Source of the DNA: Solobacterium sp. UBA1761
Lineage (GTDB): Bacteria > Bacillota_I > Bacilli_A > Erysipelotrichales > Erysipelotrichaceae
Assembly: GCA_002315565.1 (NCBI GenBank)
Contig: DCHD01000002.1
Span: forward strand, 17,116-81,115
DNA: 64,000 nt
Direction: 5' to 3'
Position 1 is the stretch's first letter, and each line of letters begins with the position of its first letter. Below the pieces are notes generated by a model, which worked only from the letters and a program-made list of their open reading frames with translations, was not told where the DNA came from and made no database searches. A program made the position numbers and the translations under genes. Of this stretch, positions 20,513-28,063 are shown one piece after another.

Positions 20513-21959
20513 TCAGATATTTTCAAAAGCTCCGCATATAGAAATCAATCAGTTGTCGACAGATTCAAGAATGCCTATGAACAATGCTATTTTCTTCTGT
20601 ATTGAAGGAGTTGTTTATGATGGCCACAAGTTTGTTGAACAGGCTATAGTCAATGGCGCAAAAGTTGTTATCTATGAAAAAGATATTGATACAACGCTTA
20701 ATGCGATTTTTATCCGCGTAAATGATGTTGTTGAAGTACTTTTAAAGGTGGCTGACGCTTTCTATGGACATCCAGCGAACGGTATGGATACTTATGTTGT
20801 GTCTGGCTGCTATGGAAAGTCTATGGTCAACTATCTTCTAAGGGAAGTGCTTTTACGTTTTGAAAAGACCGGAACAGTAGGCGAAAGAGGAATTGACGAT
20901 GGACTTGGTTACTACATTAATCCAGCCAGAACGCTTTCGATAATCGATCTGTTCAGAACTCTTAACAAAATGAAGAACAACAACATTACTTCTGCCGTTT
21001 TTGAATCATCCGTCATGAATCTTTCATACAGAAAGCTTGATGGAATAAAACCGAAAGCTTTTATTTATACTGTTACAGGTGAAGAATCCTTAGAATTCAG
21101 AGAAATGAACAAAGACTATGAAAAGTCACTGTTTGAATATATGTCGTCTTTGCCAAGAGAGACACAGATGATCATCAACGCTGATGATATTCTTTATAAA
21201 GACATGATGCTGAACACATCAAACAGATATATATCATATGGCTGTTCCGATTCAGCGGATTTAAGAATAACTTCTGTAGCATTAAGTGCAGAACACAGTT
21301 CTTTCAATATAATTTACGGAAACGACAAATATCACATAGAAAGTAAACTGGTAGGAATTTCTTCTGTATACAATATTGCTGCTGTTCTTGCTGCACTATC
21401 ACTTAAATATCCGATGAATCAGCTTATTGAAGTTATTTCAGAAATCAAACCTTTTGCAGGGTGCTGTCAGCAGATTGATGAAGGTCAGAATTTCCACGTA
21501 ATAATTGATGGAGCAAGTTCATTCCAGACAATTTCAAGAGTATACAGTTTTGCCAAGCTCATCTCTAAAGGAAAGAAGATAATTGCTGTTGTTCCTGTCA
21601 ATTATATTGATAACGCCGTAAAACTGAATGATCTTATGTATCTGTCCCAGGATGTATGTTCACTTATCATACTTACAAGTGGAGATACATATGGAAAAGA
21701 TATTTCAGATCTTCTTAACAAGGCTGAAAAAGCTGTTACAAAAACCAAGTGTGTTGTAATCAACGACAGACAGTCTGCTATTGAAGTAGCACTTGATTCG
21801 GCAAACAGCGAAGATATTGTATTGCTGCTTGGAAAGGGTGAAGAAAACTTTATTTATAAACAGAATGGTAAAGTTCATTACGATACAGATGAGGTTATTA
21901 CCAGAAATTATCTTAAAAGGATGAATGATACGTCTTTGGATGCATATTTTGATTTGTAA
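20502..21959 (+). CDS. Mur ligase family protein, MurE-like with degenerate catalytic motifs
   Basis: N-terminal MurE-like region (STDSRMPMNNAIFFCIEGVVYDGHKFVEQAIVNGA, FYGHP). The P-loop reads SGCYGKS rather than GTNGKT. GKGEE replaces GKGHE, and no DNPR motif is present. Start set at ATG 20502. Confidence 0.7.
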   Translation: MYLDQIFSKAPHIEINQLSTDSRMPMNNAIFFCIEGVVYDGHKFVEQAIVNGAKVVIYEKDIDTTLNAIFIRVNDVVEVLLKVADAFYGHPANGMDTYVVSGCYGKSMVNYLLREVLLRFEKTGTVGERGIDDGLGYYINPARTLSIIDLFRTLNKMKNNNITSAVFESSVMNLSYRKLDGIKPKAFIYTVTGEESLEFREMNKDYEKSLFEYMSSLPRETQMIINADDILYKDMMLNTSNRYISYGCSDSADLRITSVALSAEHSSFNIIYGNDKYHIESKLVGISSVYNIAAVLAALSLKYPMNQLIEVISEIKPFAGCCQQIDEGQNFHVIIDGASSFQTISRVYSFAKLISKGKKIIAVVPVNYIDNAVKLNDLMYLSQDVCSLIILTSGDTYGKDISDLLNKAEKAVTKTKCVVINDRQSAIEVALDSANSEDIVLLLGKGEENFIYKQNGKVHYDTDEVITRNYLKRMNDTSLDAYFDL

Positions 21960-21972
21960 TTTAAAAAACTTA

Positions 21973-21981
21973 TGTTAAAAT
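21973..21981 (+). promoter_or_regulatory. Extended -10 promoter element for rpsU
   Basis: TGtTAAAAT about 31 nt upstream of the ATG, with SD AAGGGGGTG in between. Confidence 0.45.
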
Positions 21982-22012
21982 AGAAATTGCCGAAAAAAGG
22001 GGGTGTAATTGC

Positions 22013-22192
22013 ATGGCTAGAGTTATCGTTAAAGAATCTGAACAACTTGATGACGCATTAAGAAGATTCAAGAGACAGGTATCTCGTAATGGCACTCTTC
22101 TTGAAGTAAGAAAGAGAGAATATTACGTAAAACCTGGCGTTAAGAAAAGACTTAAGCAGGAAGCTGCTCGTAAGGCTAGACGTTCTAAATAG
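22013..22192 (+). CDS. rpsU: 30S ribosomal protein S21
   Basis: 59-aa ORF below the track cutoff. My translation is [70 protein letters not shown] is upstream and a terminator is downstream. Confidence 0.93.
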   Translation: MARVIVKESEQLDDALRRFKRQVSRNGTLLEVRKREYYVKPGVKKRLKQEAARKARRSK

Positions 22193-22200
22193 TTCAATTA

Positions 22201-22228
22201 AATCAGTTCAAATGAACTGATTTTTTTA
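22201..22228 (+). terminator. Intrinsic terminator after rpsU
   Basis: AATCAGTTC-AAAT-GAACTGATT followed by a T7 run. Confidence 0.85.
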
Positions 22229-22234
22229 TATAAT
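22229..22234 (+). promoter_or_regulatory. -10 box TATAAT 6 nt before the phoH ATG; candidate leaderless promoter
   Basis: TATAAT-TTAGGT-ATG immediately after the rpsU terminator. Confidence 0.45.
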
Positions 22235-22240
22235 TTAGGT

Positions 22241-23152
22241 ATGTATACATTTGACATTTCAAAACTGACAAGTGAAGAAATAAAGGAACTGGCTGGAGTT
22301 AACGATGAAAACCTGAAGTTTTTGTCTGAAACATACAGAACAGACATAGTATTAAGAGACAATGAAATCAAATTTTTAAGTGATGATGAAGAACTTTTCA
22401 AAAAGTTCAAAAGTCATCTTGAAAGAGTAATTGCCAATGAGGATATTTCATATGACTCAATCAAACAGTCATATAAAGACAAGGATTGTTTCTTTCTTGA
22501 TAAAGTACTGGGATATACTTTTTCCGGTAAACCAGTAAAGCCAAGAACACTCAATCAGTATAAATTATCAGAAGCAATCAGAAATTCTGAGCTGGTATTT
22601 GCGATAGGTCCGGCAGGAACCGGCAAAACTTATATTGCCATTCTTGAAGCTGTTAAAGCCTATAAGGAAGGCCAGGTTAAAAAGATAATTCTCACGCGTC
22701 CTGCAGTAGAGGCAGGTGAGTCACTGGGATTTCTTCCAGGAGATTTAAAAGAAAAGATTGACCCGTACCTGATGCCTTTGTATGATTCGCTTTATGACAT
22801 TATGGGACAGGAAACAACAGAAAAACTGATTGAAAAAGAAGTTATTGAAGTACTTCCTCTTGCCTATATGCGCGGAAGAACACTTAATGAGGCATTTGTG
22901 ATACTTGATGAATCACAGAATACAACAAAATCTCAGATGCTTATGTTTCTGACCCGTCTTGGTAAAGATTCAAAGATGGTTGTCAATGGTGATGTAACTC
23001 AGATTGATCTGAACATCGCTAAAAACAAATCAGGTCTTATAGTGGCTAAAGAGAAACTTGCCAGAGTAAAGAAGATTAAGTTTATAGAGTTTACGAACAA
23101 TGATATTGTACGTAATCCGCTTGTACAGATGATAATAGAAAATTTTGAATGA
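22241..23152 (+). CDS. phoH: PhoH-like ATPase
   Basis: Walker A GPAGTGKTYIA and Walker B ILDESQN. C-terminal motif FTNNDIVRNPLV. Confidence 0.9.
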   Translation: MYTFDISKLTSEEIKELAGVNDENLKFLSETYRTDIVLRDNEIKFLSDDEELFKKFKSHLERVIANEDISYDSIKQSYKDKDCFFLDKVLGYTFSGKPVKPRTLNQYKLSEAIRNSELVFAIGPAGTGKTYIAILEAVKAYKEGQVKKIILTRPAVEAGESLGFLPGDLKEKIDPYLMPLYDSLYDIMGQETTEKLIEKEVIEVLPLAYMRGRTLNEAFVILDESQNTTKSQMLMFLTRLGKDSKMVVNGDVTQIDLNIAKNKSGLIVAKEKLARVKKIKFIEFTNNDIVRNPLVQMIIENFE

Positions 23153-23153
23153 T

Positions 23154-23729
23154 ATGGATAAATTATTTATAGCTTCCAGCAATGCACATAAAATAAAAGA
23201 AATCAGAAAGATCCTCAGTGATAACGGTTTTAATACTGAAGTATTATGTCCGAAGGATTTCAACGACTTTGAAGAAGTGATTGAGGATGGTTTTACATTT
23301 AAAGAAAACGCTGAAATCAAAGCCAGATATTATTACGGTAAGTATCATCTTCCGACTCTTGCTGATGATTCAGGAATCTGTATTGATTATTTCGGTGGTT
23401 TTCCTGGACTTCATTCAGCGAGATTTCTTGGACAGTATGAAACTTATGAGAAAAACGAAATCATTCTGAAAATGATGAAGGGCATAAAGAACAGGAAAGC
23501 GCATTATATATGCGGACTTGTTTATATGGACGAAAATGGTTCCAGATATTATGAAGGCAGATTTGATGGAGAAATATCAACTTATCAGAACGGAACAGAA
23601 GGTTTTGGCTACGATCCGATATTCTATCTTCCTGAATATGGCAAAAACGCAGCCGAAATAAAAGGAATCAAAGATACGACAGGGCACAGATTCCAGGCAT
23701 TAAGCAAATGGATACAAGACATAAAATAA
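23154..23729 (+). CDS. rdgB: Non-canonical purine NTP pyrophosphatase RdgB/HAM1
   Basis: ASSNAHKIKEI, DDSGICIDY and FGYDPIF motifs. Start set at ATG 23154; the track start 23145 is a TTG overlapping the phoH end. Confidence 0.9.
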   Translation: MDKLFIASSNAHKIKEIRKILSDNGFNTEVLCPKDFNDFEEVIEDGFTFKENAEIKARYYYGKYHLPTLADDSGICIDYFGGFPGLHSARFLGQYETYEKNEIILKMMKGIKNRKAHYICGLVYMDENGSRYYEGRFDGEISTYQNGTEGFGYDPIFYLPEYGKNAAEIKGIKDTTGHRFQALSKWIQDIK

Positions 23730-24397
23730 GCACCATTTTAAGGCCACTGACCTTTATTCTTTTGTGTATAGTAATAATAATCACAACGATAGATCTGTGC
23801 TGTTTTGACCGTGATTTTTATACTGAAGAATATATTAAATCAGATACGGCTTCAGTCATAAAAACAAGTGAAGAAAATCTAGAAAAGATGACCGATGTGG
23901 TTCTTGAATATCTTAAAGATAAAGATAAGACCATGGATTTAAGACTTATGGTAAACGGTAAAGTACAGGAAGTATTTTCTGTTAGAGCAAAGACACATAT
24001 GATCGATGTGAGAAATCTCTATCTTAATGCGCTAGAAATAAGAAATATTGCATTGGTAATGTTGACTGTCTGCGTAATAGGAATGGCGCTGTTAAAAGAA
24101 AAACCAGCAGAACTTCTGAAGTCATACATTTCTGTATTGAAGTGGATGGGTTTTATCTTTACAGGTATAGGCGTATTTGCGCTTGTTGACTTCAATACAT
24201 TCTGGATCGGATTTCATAAACTGTTATTCACCAATGATCTCTGGCTTCTTGACTATGACGATGTACTTGTCAACATGGTTAATGAAACATTCTTTTTTGA
24301 CCTTGTCATTAAAATAGTTGTTATTATACTTTTGTCATTTATTCTGATATATTCATTACTGTATATAGGGAAAAGAGTTATTAAATATGAAGATTAA
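23708..24397 (+). CDS. Integral membrane protein (TIGR01906/DUF1461-like)
   Basis: N-terminal TM, an extracytoplasmic segment, then three C-terminal TMs. The family assignment is from memory of similar Firmicute proteins, not a search. Confidence 0.5.
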   Translation: MDTRHKISTILRPLTFILLCIVIIITTIDLCCFDRDFYTEEYIKSDTASVIKTSEENLEKMTDVVLEYLKDKDKTMDLRLMVNGKVQEVFSVRAKTHMIDVRNLYLNALEIRNIALVMLTVCVIGMALLKEKPAELLKSYISVLKWMGFIFTGIGVFALVDFNTFWIGFHKLLFTNDLWLLDYDDVLVNMVNETFFFDLVIKIVVIILLSFILIYSLLYIGKRVIKYED

Positions 24398-24902
24398 TGT
24401 AGTATTGTATGAACCGGAAATTCCACAGAACACAGGTAATATTATACGTACCTGCAGTGCTTTTGAAATGTCACTGCATCTGATTGAGCCACTTGGATTT
24501 GAACTTGATGAGAAACATCTGAGACGTGCAGGAATGGATTATGTTGAAACACTTGATTATCATCTCTATCCAAACTGGGAGGCATTCTACAGCACGCATA
24601 AAGATAAGGGACAGTTTGTCTATTTTTCAAGATATGGAATGCAGTCATTTGAAAACTGTGTATTTGACACAAATGCTGAAGAAATCTTCATTCTTTTCGG
24701 TAAAGAATCAACCGGTATACCCCGTGATATATTGAAAAATCATCTTGAAGAAACATACAGACTGCCAATGAAGGCAAGTGCCAGAAGCCTGAATCTTTCA
24801 AACTGTGTGGCAATCGGCGCATTTGAATGTTTAAGACAGGTTGGCTTTTCTGACTTATCAAAAGTTGAAGTAATCAAGGGCGAAGACTGGCTTTTGAAGT
24901 AA
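24387..24902 (+). CDS. trmL: tRNA (cytidine/uridine-34 2'-O)-methyltransferase TrmL (SpoU family)
   Basis: Short SpoU-type sequence: YEPEIPQNTGNIIRTC, GKESTGIP, SLNLSNCVAI. Confidence 0.88.
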   Translation: MKINVVLYEPEIPQNTGNIIRTCSAFEMSLHLIEPLGFELDEKHLRRAGMDYVETLDYHLYPNWEAFYSTHKDKGQFVYFSRYGMQSFENCVFDTNAEEIFILFGKESTGIPRDILKNHLEETYRLPMKASARSLNLSNCVAIGAFECLRQVGFSDLSKVEVIKGEDWLLK

Positions 24903-24911
24903 TGGTATAAT
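24903..24911 (+). promoter_or_regulatory. Extended -10 (TGgTATAAT) 6 nt before ATG 24918; candidate leaderless promoter
   Basis: TGGTATAAT-GGCGTT-ATG. No SD. Confidence 0.45.
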
Positions 24912-24917
24912 GGCGTT

Positions 24918-25760
24918 ATGAAATTCAGACAGTGTTTACTATTTATGTTTGTGACAGTCATCTTCCTGACTTGTTTTTGTGTCATCAACAGCAAGTATGA
25001 CCGTCTTTCACGTTATCCATATGAAGATGAAAATGCCAGATATCTCATAAAGAAGTACATGAGTGATGAAGATATTGAGTACATTATTGATTATGCAATC
25101 ACACCAGGTTACTTCATTAAATATATCGAATGTCCTGATTTTAATATCTATCATGTTGATGCCTACGACAAAGCAGGTGCTTTTTATTGGTATGCAGATA
25201 AAAATGATGTTGTAAAGCTGGTTGAAACTATCTACAATTTCGACAACAGTGAAGATATTGATTACTATATGTCACTTTTGGGAAATTATCATTTTGATGA
25301 AATGAGTTATTATCTTAACCACCAGGATGAATTTGAAGGCCTGATGCTTTCAGATAATCCATCCGAATTCTCTGATGAGATTGAAAGTGATAAAACAGTC
25401 GGTATATATGCACCTAGAGATATGTTTGCAAATGGCAATGTTGTATTAAATGAAAATGCATTATATGCATATGAAACTTCATTAAATGAAATAAATGAAA
25501 CTTTCAATTGCAGTAATTTCGGTGGTATCAAGGAATCTGACAGTTATCTTTCATATAAAGATCTGAAAGAAAGAAATGCCAACCCAGGCAGAAATATTCA
25601 TCAGCTTGGAAACTCTGTTGATATTGATCTGAGTAACTCCATATTCCTTAACAACGCTGATTATGTCACTATGAAAGATATTTTTGAAAGTCATGGCTTT
25701 GAGATTGATGAATGTATGTTTTCAGAATTTCATCTGACCTATAAAGGTGATATTCAATGA
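24918..25760 (+). CDS. Membrane-anchored protein with a VanY/M15B-like D,D-carboxypeptidase C-terminal region
   Basis: N-terminal TM (LLFMFVTVIFLTCFCVI). The C-terminal NPGRNIHQLGNSVDIDL resembles the M15 pG.sEHq.G.A.Di metal motif, and the terminal EFHLTY resembles EPWH. Confidence 0.5.
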   Translation: MKFRQCLLFMFVTVIFLTCFCVINSKYDRLSRYPYEDENARYLIKKYMSDEDIEYIIDYAITPGYFIKYIECPDFNIYHVDAYDKAGAFYWYADKNDVVKLVETIYNFDNSEDIDYYMSLLGNYHFDEMSYYLNHQDEFEGLMLSDNPSEFSDEIESDKTVGIYAPRDMFANGNVVLNENALYAYETSLNEINETFNCSNFGGIKESDSYLSYKDLKERNANPGRNIHQLGNSVDIDLSNSIFLNNADYVTMKDIFESHGFEIDECMFSEFHLTYKGDIQ

Positions 25761-26221
25761 TCAGAATTGTTTTGGCCAGTGACAATCATCAGGACATGGA
25801 TTCTATCAGAAAAATACTTAAAGCTGAGCCTCAGGCTGATTATTATCTGCACTGTGGTGATTCATGTCTTACAAAAGATGAAATGAGACCTTTCATTTCA
25901 GTCAGGGGTAACAATGACTACAATGGTGATTTTGAAAAACTCAGAACTGTAAAAATAGGGGACCACAATATTTTACTGATTCATGGCCACCATGAGATCT
26001 ATTATGATTCATTTGAAACACTTGCTGGTATTGCCAGAAATCATGACTGTGACATTGTGTTCTTTGGCCATACTCACAGATATACCGATATTACATATGA
26101 CGGTATTAGAATGATTAATCCCGGTTCAACATATTACAACCGTGATCTATCAAAACCATGCTATGCAGTTGTAACTATTGATGGTGAAAAGATAACAGCA
26201 GAAAAGAAAGAAATTGCTTGA
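25757..26221 (+). CDS. YfcE/MJ0936-family metallophosphoesterase
   Basis: Motifs SDNH, CGDS, GNNDY, IHGHH and GHTH in canonical order. Confidence 0.88.
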   Translation: MIRIVLASDNHQDMDSIRKILKAEPQADYYLHCGDSCLTKDEMRPFISVRGNNDYNGDFEKLRTVKIGDHNILLIHGHHEIYYDSFETLAGIARNHDCDIVFFGHTHRYTDITYDGIRMINPGSTYYNRDLSKPCYAVVTIDGEKITAEKKEIA

Positions 26222-26246
26222 TTTATTCAGGTGATATTGTTATTAT
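26218..26246 (+). promoter_or_regulatory. Sigma-A-type promoter of the infC-rpmI-rplT operon
   Basis: -35 TTGATT, a 17-nt spacer, and extended -10 TGtTATTAT. Confidence 0.55.
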
Positions 26247-26252
26247 ATTAGA

Positions 26253-26391
26253 GCAATAAAAAGATTGTAGAAAGTAGAAGACCACTTCTCGCCTGATTTC
26301 CTTAAGGGAATGGGCCAAATGTTACAGACTCTAGTATATGTAATGTTAAGTGGGCTTTGTCTCGCTTTTTATTTAGTTGGAGGTGCTATTT
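26253..26391 (+). ncRNA. ~140-nt infC leader, candidate L20-responsive ribosomal-protein leader
   Basis: Long structured 5' UTR in the position of the Firmicute L20 leader. Hairpins include GCCTGATTTCC-TTAA-GGGAATGGGC. A long-range GACCACTT/AAGTGGGC pairing is possible. T-run at 26366-26374. Homology to the Rfam model was not testable by eye. Confidence 0.4.
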
Positions 26392-26916
26392 ATTACAAGG
26401 AAAAACCAGAATGACGATTTAGTCAATGAAAGTATTCGTTTCAAAGAAGTGTTCCTGATCGGTCCAAATGGAGAACAGATGGGAACAATGTCAAAGTGGG
26501 ATGCACTTAATAAGGCTCAGGAAGAAAACCTGGACTTACTGTGTGTAGCTCCAAACGCTCAGCCACCCGTATGCAAGATGGTTGATTATGGAAGATATCG
26601 TTTCGAACAGCAGAAGAAGGCTAAAGAAGCAAAGAAGAAACAGGCAGTTACAGAACTTAAACCTTTACGTTTATCACCTGTAATTGACACAAACGACTTT
26701 AACACCAAACTTAAACAGGCAACTGGCTGGGTTAATGAAGGTAAAAAGGTCAAAGTTGATATGCGTTTCAGAGGTCGTATGATGACTCGTCAGGAAGTTG
26801 GTATCAAGATTATGAATGAGTTCATTGAAAAAATGTCAGAGATTGCCGTGGTTGATAAACAGCCAAAACTAGAAGGCAATATCATGTCCTGTACATTAAC
26901 ACCTAAAAAGAAATAG
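26392..26916 (+). CDS. infC: Translation initiation factor IF-3, probable ATT start codon
   Basis: IF-3 sequence (DDLVNESIRFKEVFLIGPNGEQMG...). GGAGGTG at 26379-26385 sits 6 nt before ATT 26392. The in-frame TTG 26377 and GTG 26383 lie on or before the SD. Confidence 0.85.
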   Translation: MTRKNQNDDLVNESIRFKEVFLIGPNGEQMGTMSKWDALNKAQEENLDLLCVAPNAQPPVCKMVDYGRYRFEQQKKAKEAKKKQAVTELKPLRLSPVIDTNDFNTKLKQATGWVNEGKKVKVDMRFRGRMMTRQEVGIKIMNEFIEKMSEIAVVDKQPKLEGNIMSCTLTPKKK

Positions 26917-26928
26917 GAGGGTAAACAA

Positions 26929-27123
26929 ATGCCAAAGATGAAAACAAAAAAGACCTTTGCCAAGAGAGTTAAAGTAACTGGCACAGGCAAGTTAGCTAGA
27001 CATCACAACTTTACAAGCCACTTTGCAGCTAACAAAACACACAAACAGAAGGTTCAGTTAAGAAAGGCCGGCCTGGTATCTCAGTCAGACTACAAGAGAG
27101 ACAAGGCATTACTTCAGGGATAG
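26929..27123 (+). CDS. rpmI: 50S ribosomal protein L35
   Basis: [26 protein letters not shown] is canonical L35. SD GGAGGG is upstream. Confidence 0.95.
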   Translation: MPKMKTKKTFAKRVKVTGTGKLARHHNFTSHFAANKTHKQKVQLRKAGLVSQSDYKRDKALLQG

Positions 27124-27135
27124 GAGGAATAAACA

Positions 27136-27690
27136 ATGAGAGTAAAAGGTTCAACTCCTACTAGAGACAGACGTAAGAGAGTATTAAAACAGGCTAAAGG
27201 TTACTTTGGCTCTAAACATTTACTGTTCAGAACTGCTCATGAACAGGTTATGCATTCATTAAGATATTCTTGGATTGACAGAAGAAAACTTAAGAGAGAA
27301 ATGCGTAAATTATGGATCGCTAGAATCAATGCTGGTGCTAGAATCAATGACATGTCATATTCTCAGTTAATGCATGGTCTAAAGATCGCTAATGTTACAA
27401 TCAACAGAAAGATGCTTTCTGAAATCGCTATTCATGATCCAGAAGGATTCAAATCAATCTGCGAAACAGCTAAAAAGGCTATCAAAGAAGGTCCTAAGGC
27501 TATCGTAGTTGAAGAAGCTCCAGCAGAAGAAAAGAAAGCTCCTGCTAAGAAAGCTGCTGCTCCAAAAGCTGAAAAAGAAGAAAAGCCAGCTGCTAAAAAG
27601 GCTCCTGCTAAGAAAGCTGAAAAACCAGCTGCTGAAAAGAAGCCAGCTGCTAAGAAAGCTCCTGCTAAGAAAGCTGCTAAAGCTGAATAA
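27136..27690 (+). CDS. rplT: 50S ribosomal protein L20 with a ~65-aa Lys/Ala/Pro/Glu-rich C-terminal extension
   Basis: Canonical L20 core ([55 protein letters not shown]) followed by the tail [57 protein letters not shown]. Confidence 0.93.
   Translation: MRVKGSTPTRDRRKRVLKQAKGYFGSKHLLFRTAHEQVMHSLRYSWIDRRKLKREMRKLWIARINAGARINDMSYSQLMHGLKIANVTINRKMLSEIAIHDPEGFKSICETAKKAIKEGPKAIVVEEAPAEEKKAPAKKAAAPKAEKEEKPAAKKAPAKKAEKPAAEKKPAAKKAPAKKAAKAE
27500..27687 (+). repeat. Low-complexity coding repeat (GCTCCTGCTAAGAAAGCTG-like units) encoding the L20 tail
   Basis: Three near-identical copies of gctcctgctaagaaagctg plus related AAG/GCT/CCA units. They produce stop-free ORFs in several frames. Confidence 0.85.
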
Positions 27691-27693
27691 TTC

Positions 27694-27715
27694 ATTCACG
27701 GGAAATCCCGTGAAT
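27694..27715 (+). other. Perfect 9-bp hairpin between rplT and tRNA-Glu that copies the tRNA T-arm sequence
   Basis: ATTCACGGG-AAAT-CCCGTGAAT. The same ATTCACGGG...CCCGT string forms the variable/T-arm of the tRNA 2 nt downstream. No T-run follows. Confidence 0.6.
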
Positions 27716-27717
27716 CT

Positions 27718-27793
27718 GGCCAATTGGTGAAACGGTTAACACATTGCCCTCTCAAGGCAACATTCACGGGTTCGAATCCCGTATTGGTCACCA
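27718..27793 (+). tRNA. tRNA-Glu, anticodon CUC
   Basis: Hand-folded 76-nt cloverleaf. Acceptor GGCCAAT/ATTGGTC; anticodon stem TTGCC/GGCAA with loop CTCTCAA; T arm ACGGG-TTCGAAT-CCCGT; encoded CCA. Close to the B. subtilis tRNA-Glu sequence as I recall it, except C34. Confidence 0.85.
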
Positions 27794-27807
27794 TAATAAA
27801 AAATAAC

Positions 27808-27830
27808 AAAGACTGCTGTGCAGTCTTTTA
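27808..27830 (+). terminator. Intrinsic terminator after tRNA-Glu
   Basis: AAAGACTGC-TGT-GCAGTCTTT followed by a T. Confidence 0.7.
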
Positions 27831-27871
27831 ATATATATAAAATAATTATAAATATCTAAAATAATTGATAT

Positions 27872-27885
27872 TGTAAACGATTACA
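27872..27885 (+). promoter_or_regulatory. cre-like / LacI-family operator palindrome
   Basis: TGTAAACGATTACA fits the cre consensus TGWAANCGNTNWCA at every specified position. It lies upstream of TATAAT (27909-27914) and the decayed sugar-locus remnant. Confidence 0.6.
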
Positions 27886-28063
27886 TTTTTGTTAAACTTA
27901 AATTGCATTATAATAGCCAATCCACAATATGGCTGATGCGAAAGGAGAAAAAGTATCCGTGGACCCGCGGTACGACATAGTGGAGACATGCCGTATGCAT
28001 TTGTCTAGCTCGACTTATGCGAGAGAGTGTTCGAGGTTTCGACACAATTAGGGCTTAGGAAAA

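Noticed and set aside
26360-26374. Intrinsic attenuator/terminator at the end of the infC leader
   Set aside because: A T-run (TTTTTATTT) is present, but I could not find a convincing immediately preceding GC-rich stem. I report only a generic structured leader, not a terminator.
27432-27730. Three overlapping ORFs (27432-27695 minus, 27454-27723 minus, 27509-27730 plus) across the end of rplT
   Set aside because: These are artefacts of the GCT/AAG/CCA low-complexity repeat encoding the L20 tail, which lacks stops in several frames. Two of them also run into the hairpin and tRNA.
27955-28060. T-box, SRP RNA or another known riboswitch in the GC-rich leader
   Set aside because: Only fragments resemble T-box elements: AATTAGGGC versus AATTAGGGTGGTACCGCG, and GTACCGCGG occurs only on the opposite strand. 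There is no specifier/terminator architecture. No SRP domain-IV motif (GGAA loop with AGCA/CAGG) is present. No TPP, FMN, SAM, purine, glycine, c-di-NMP or ZTP signatures were recognisable. It is kept only as an unclassified candidate.
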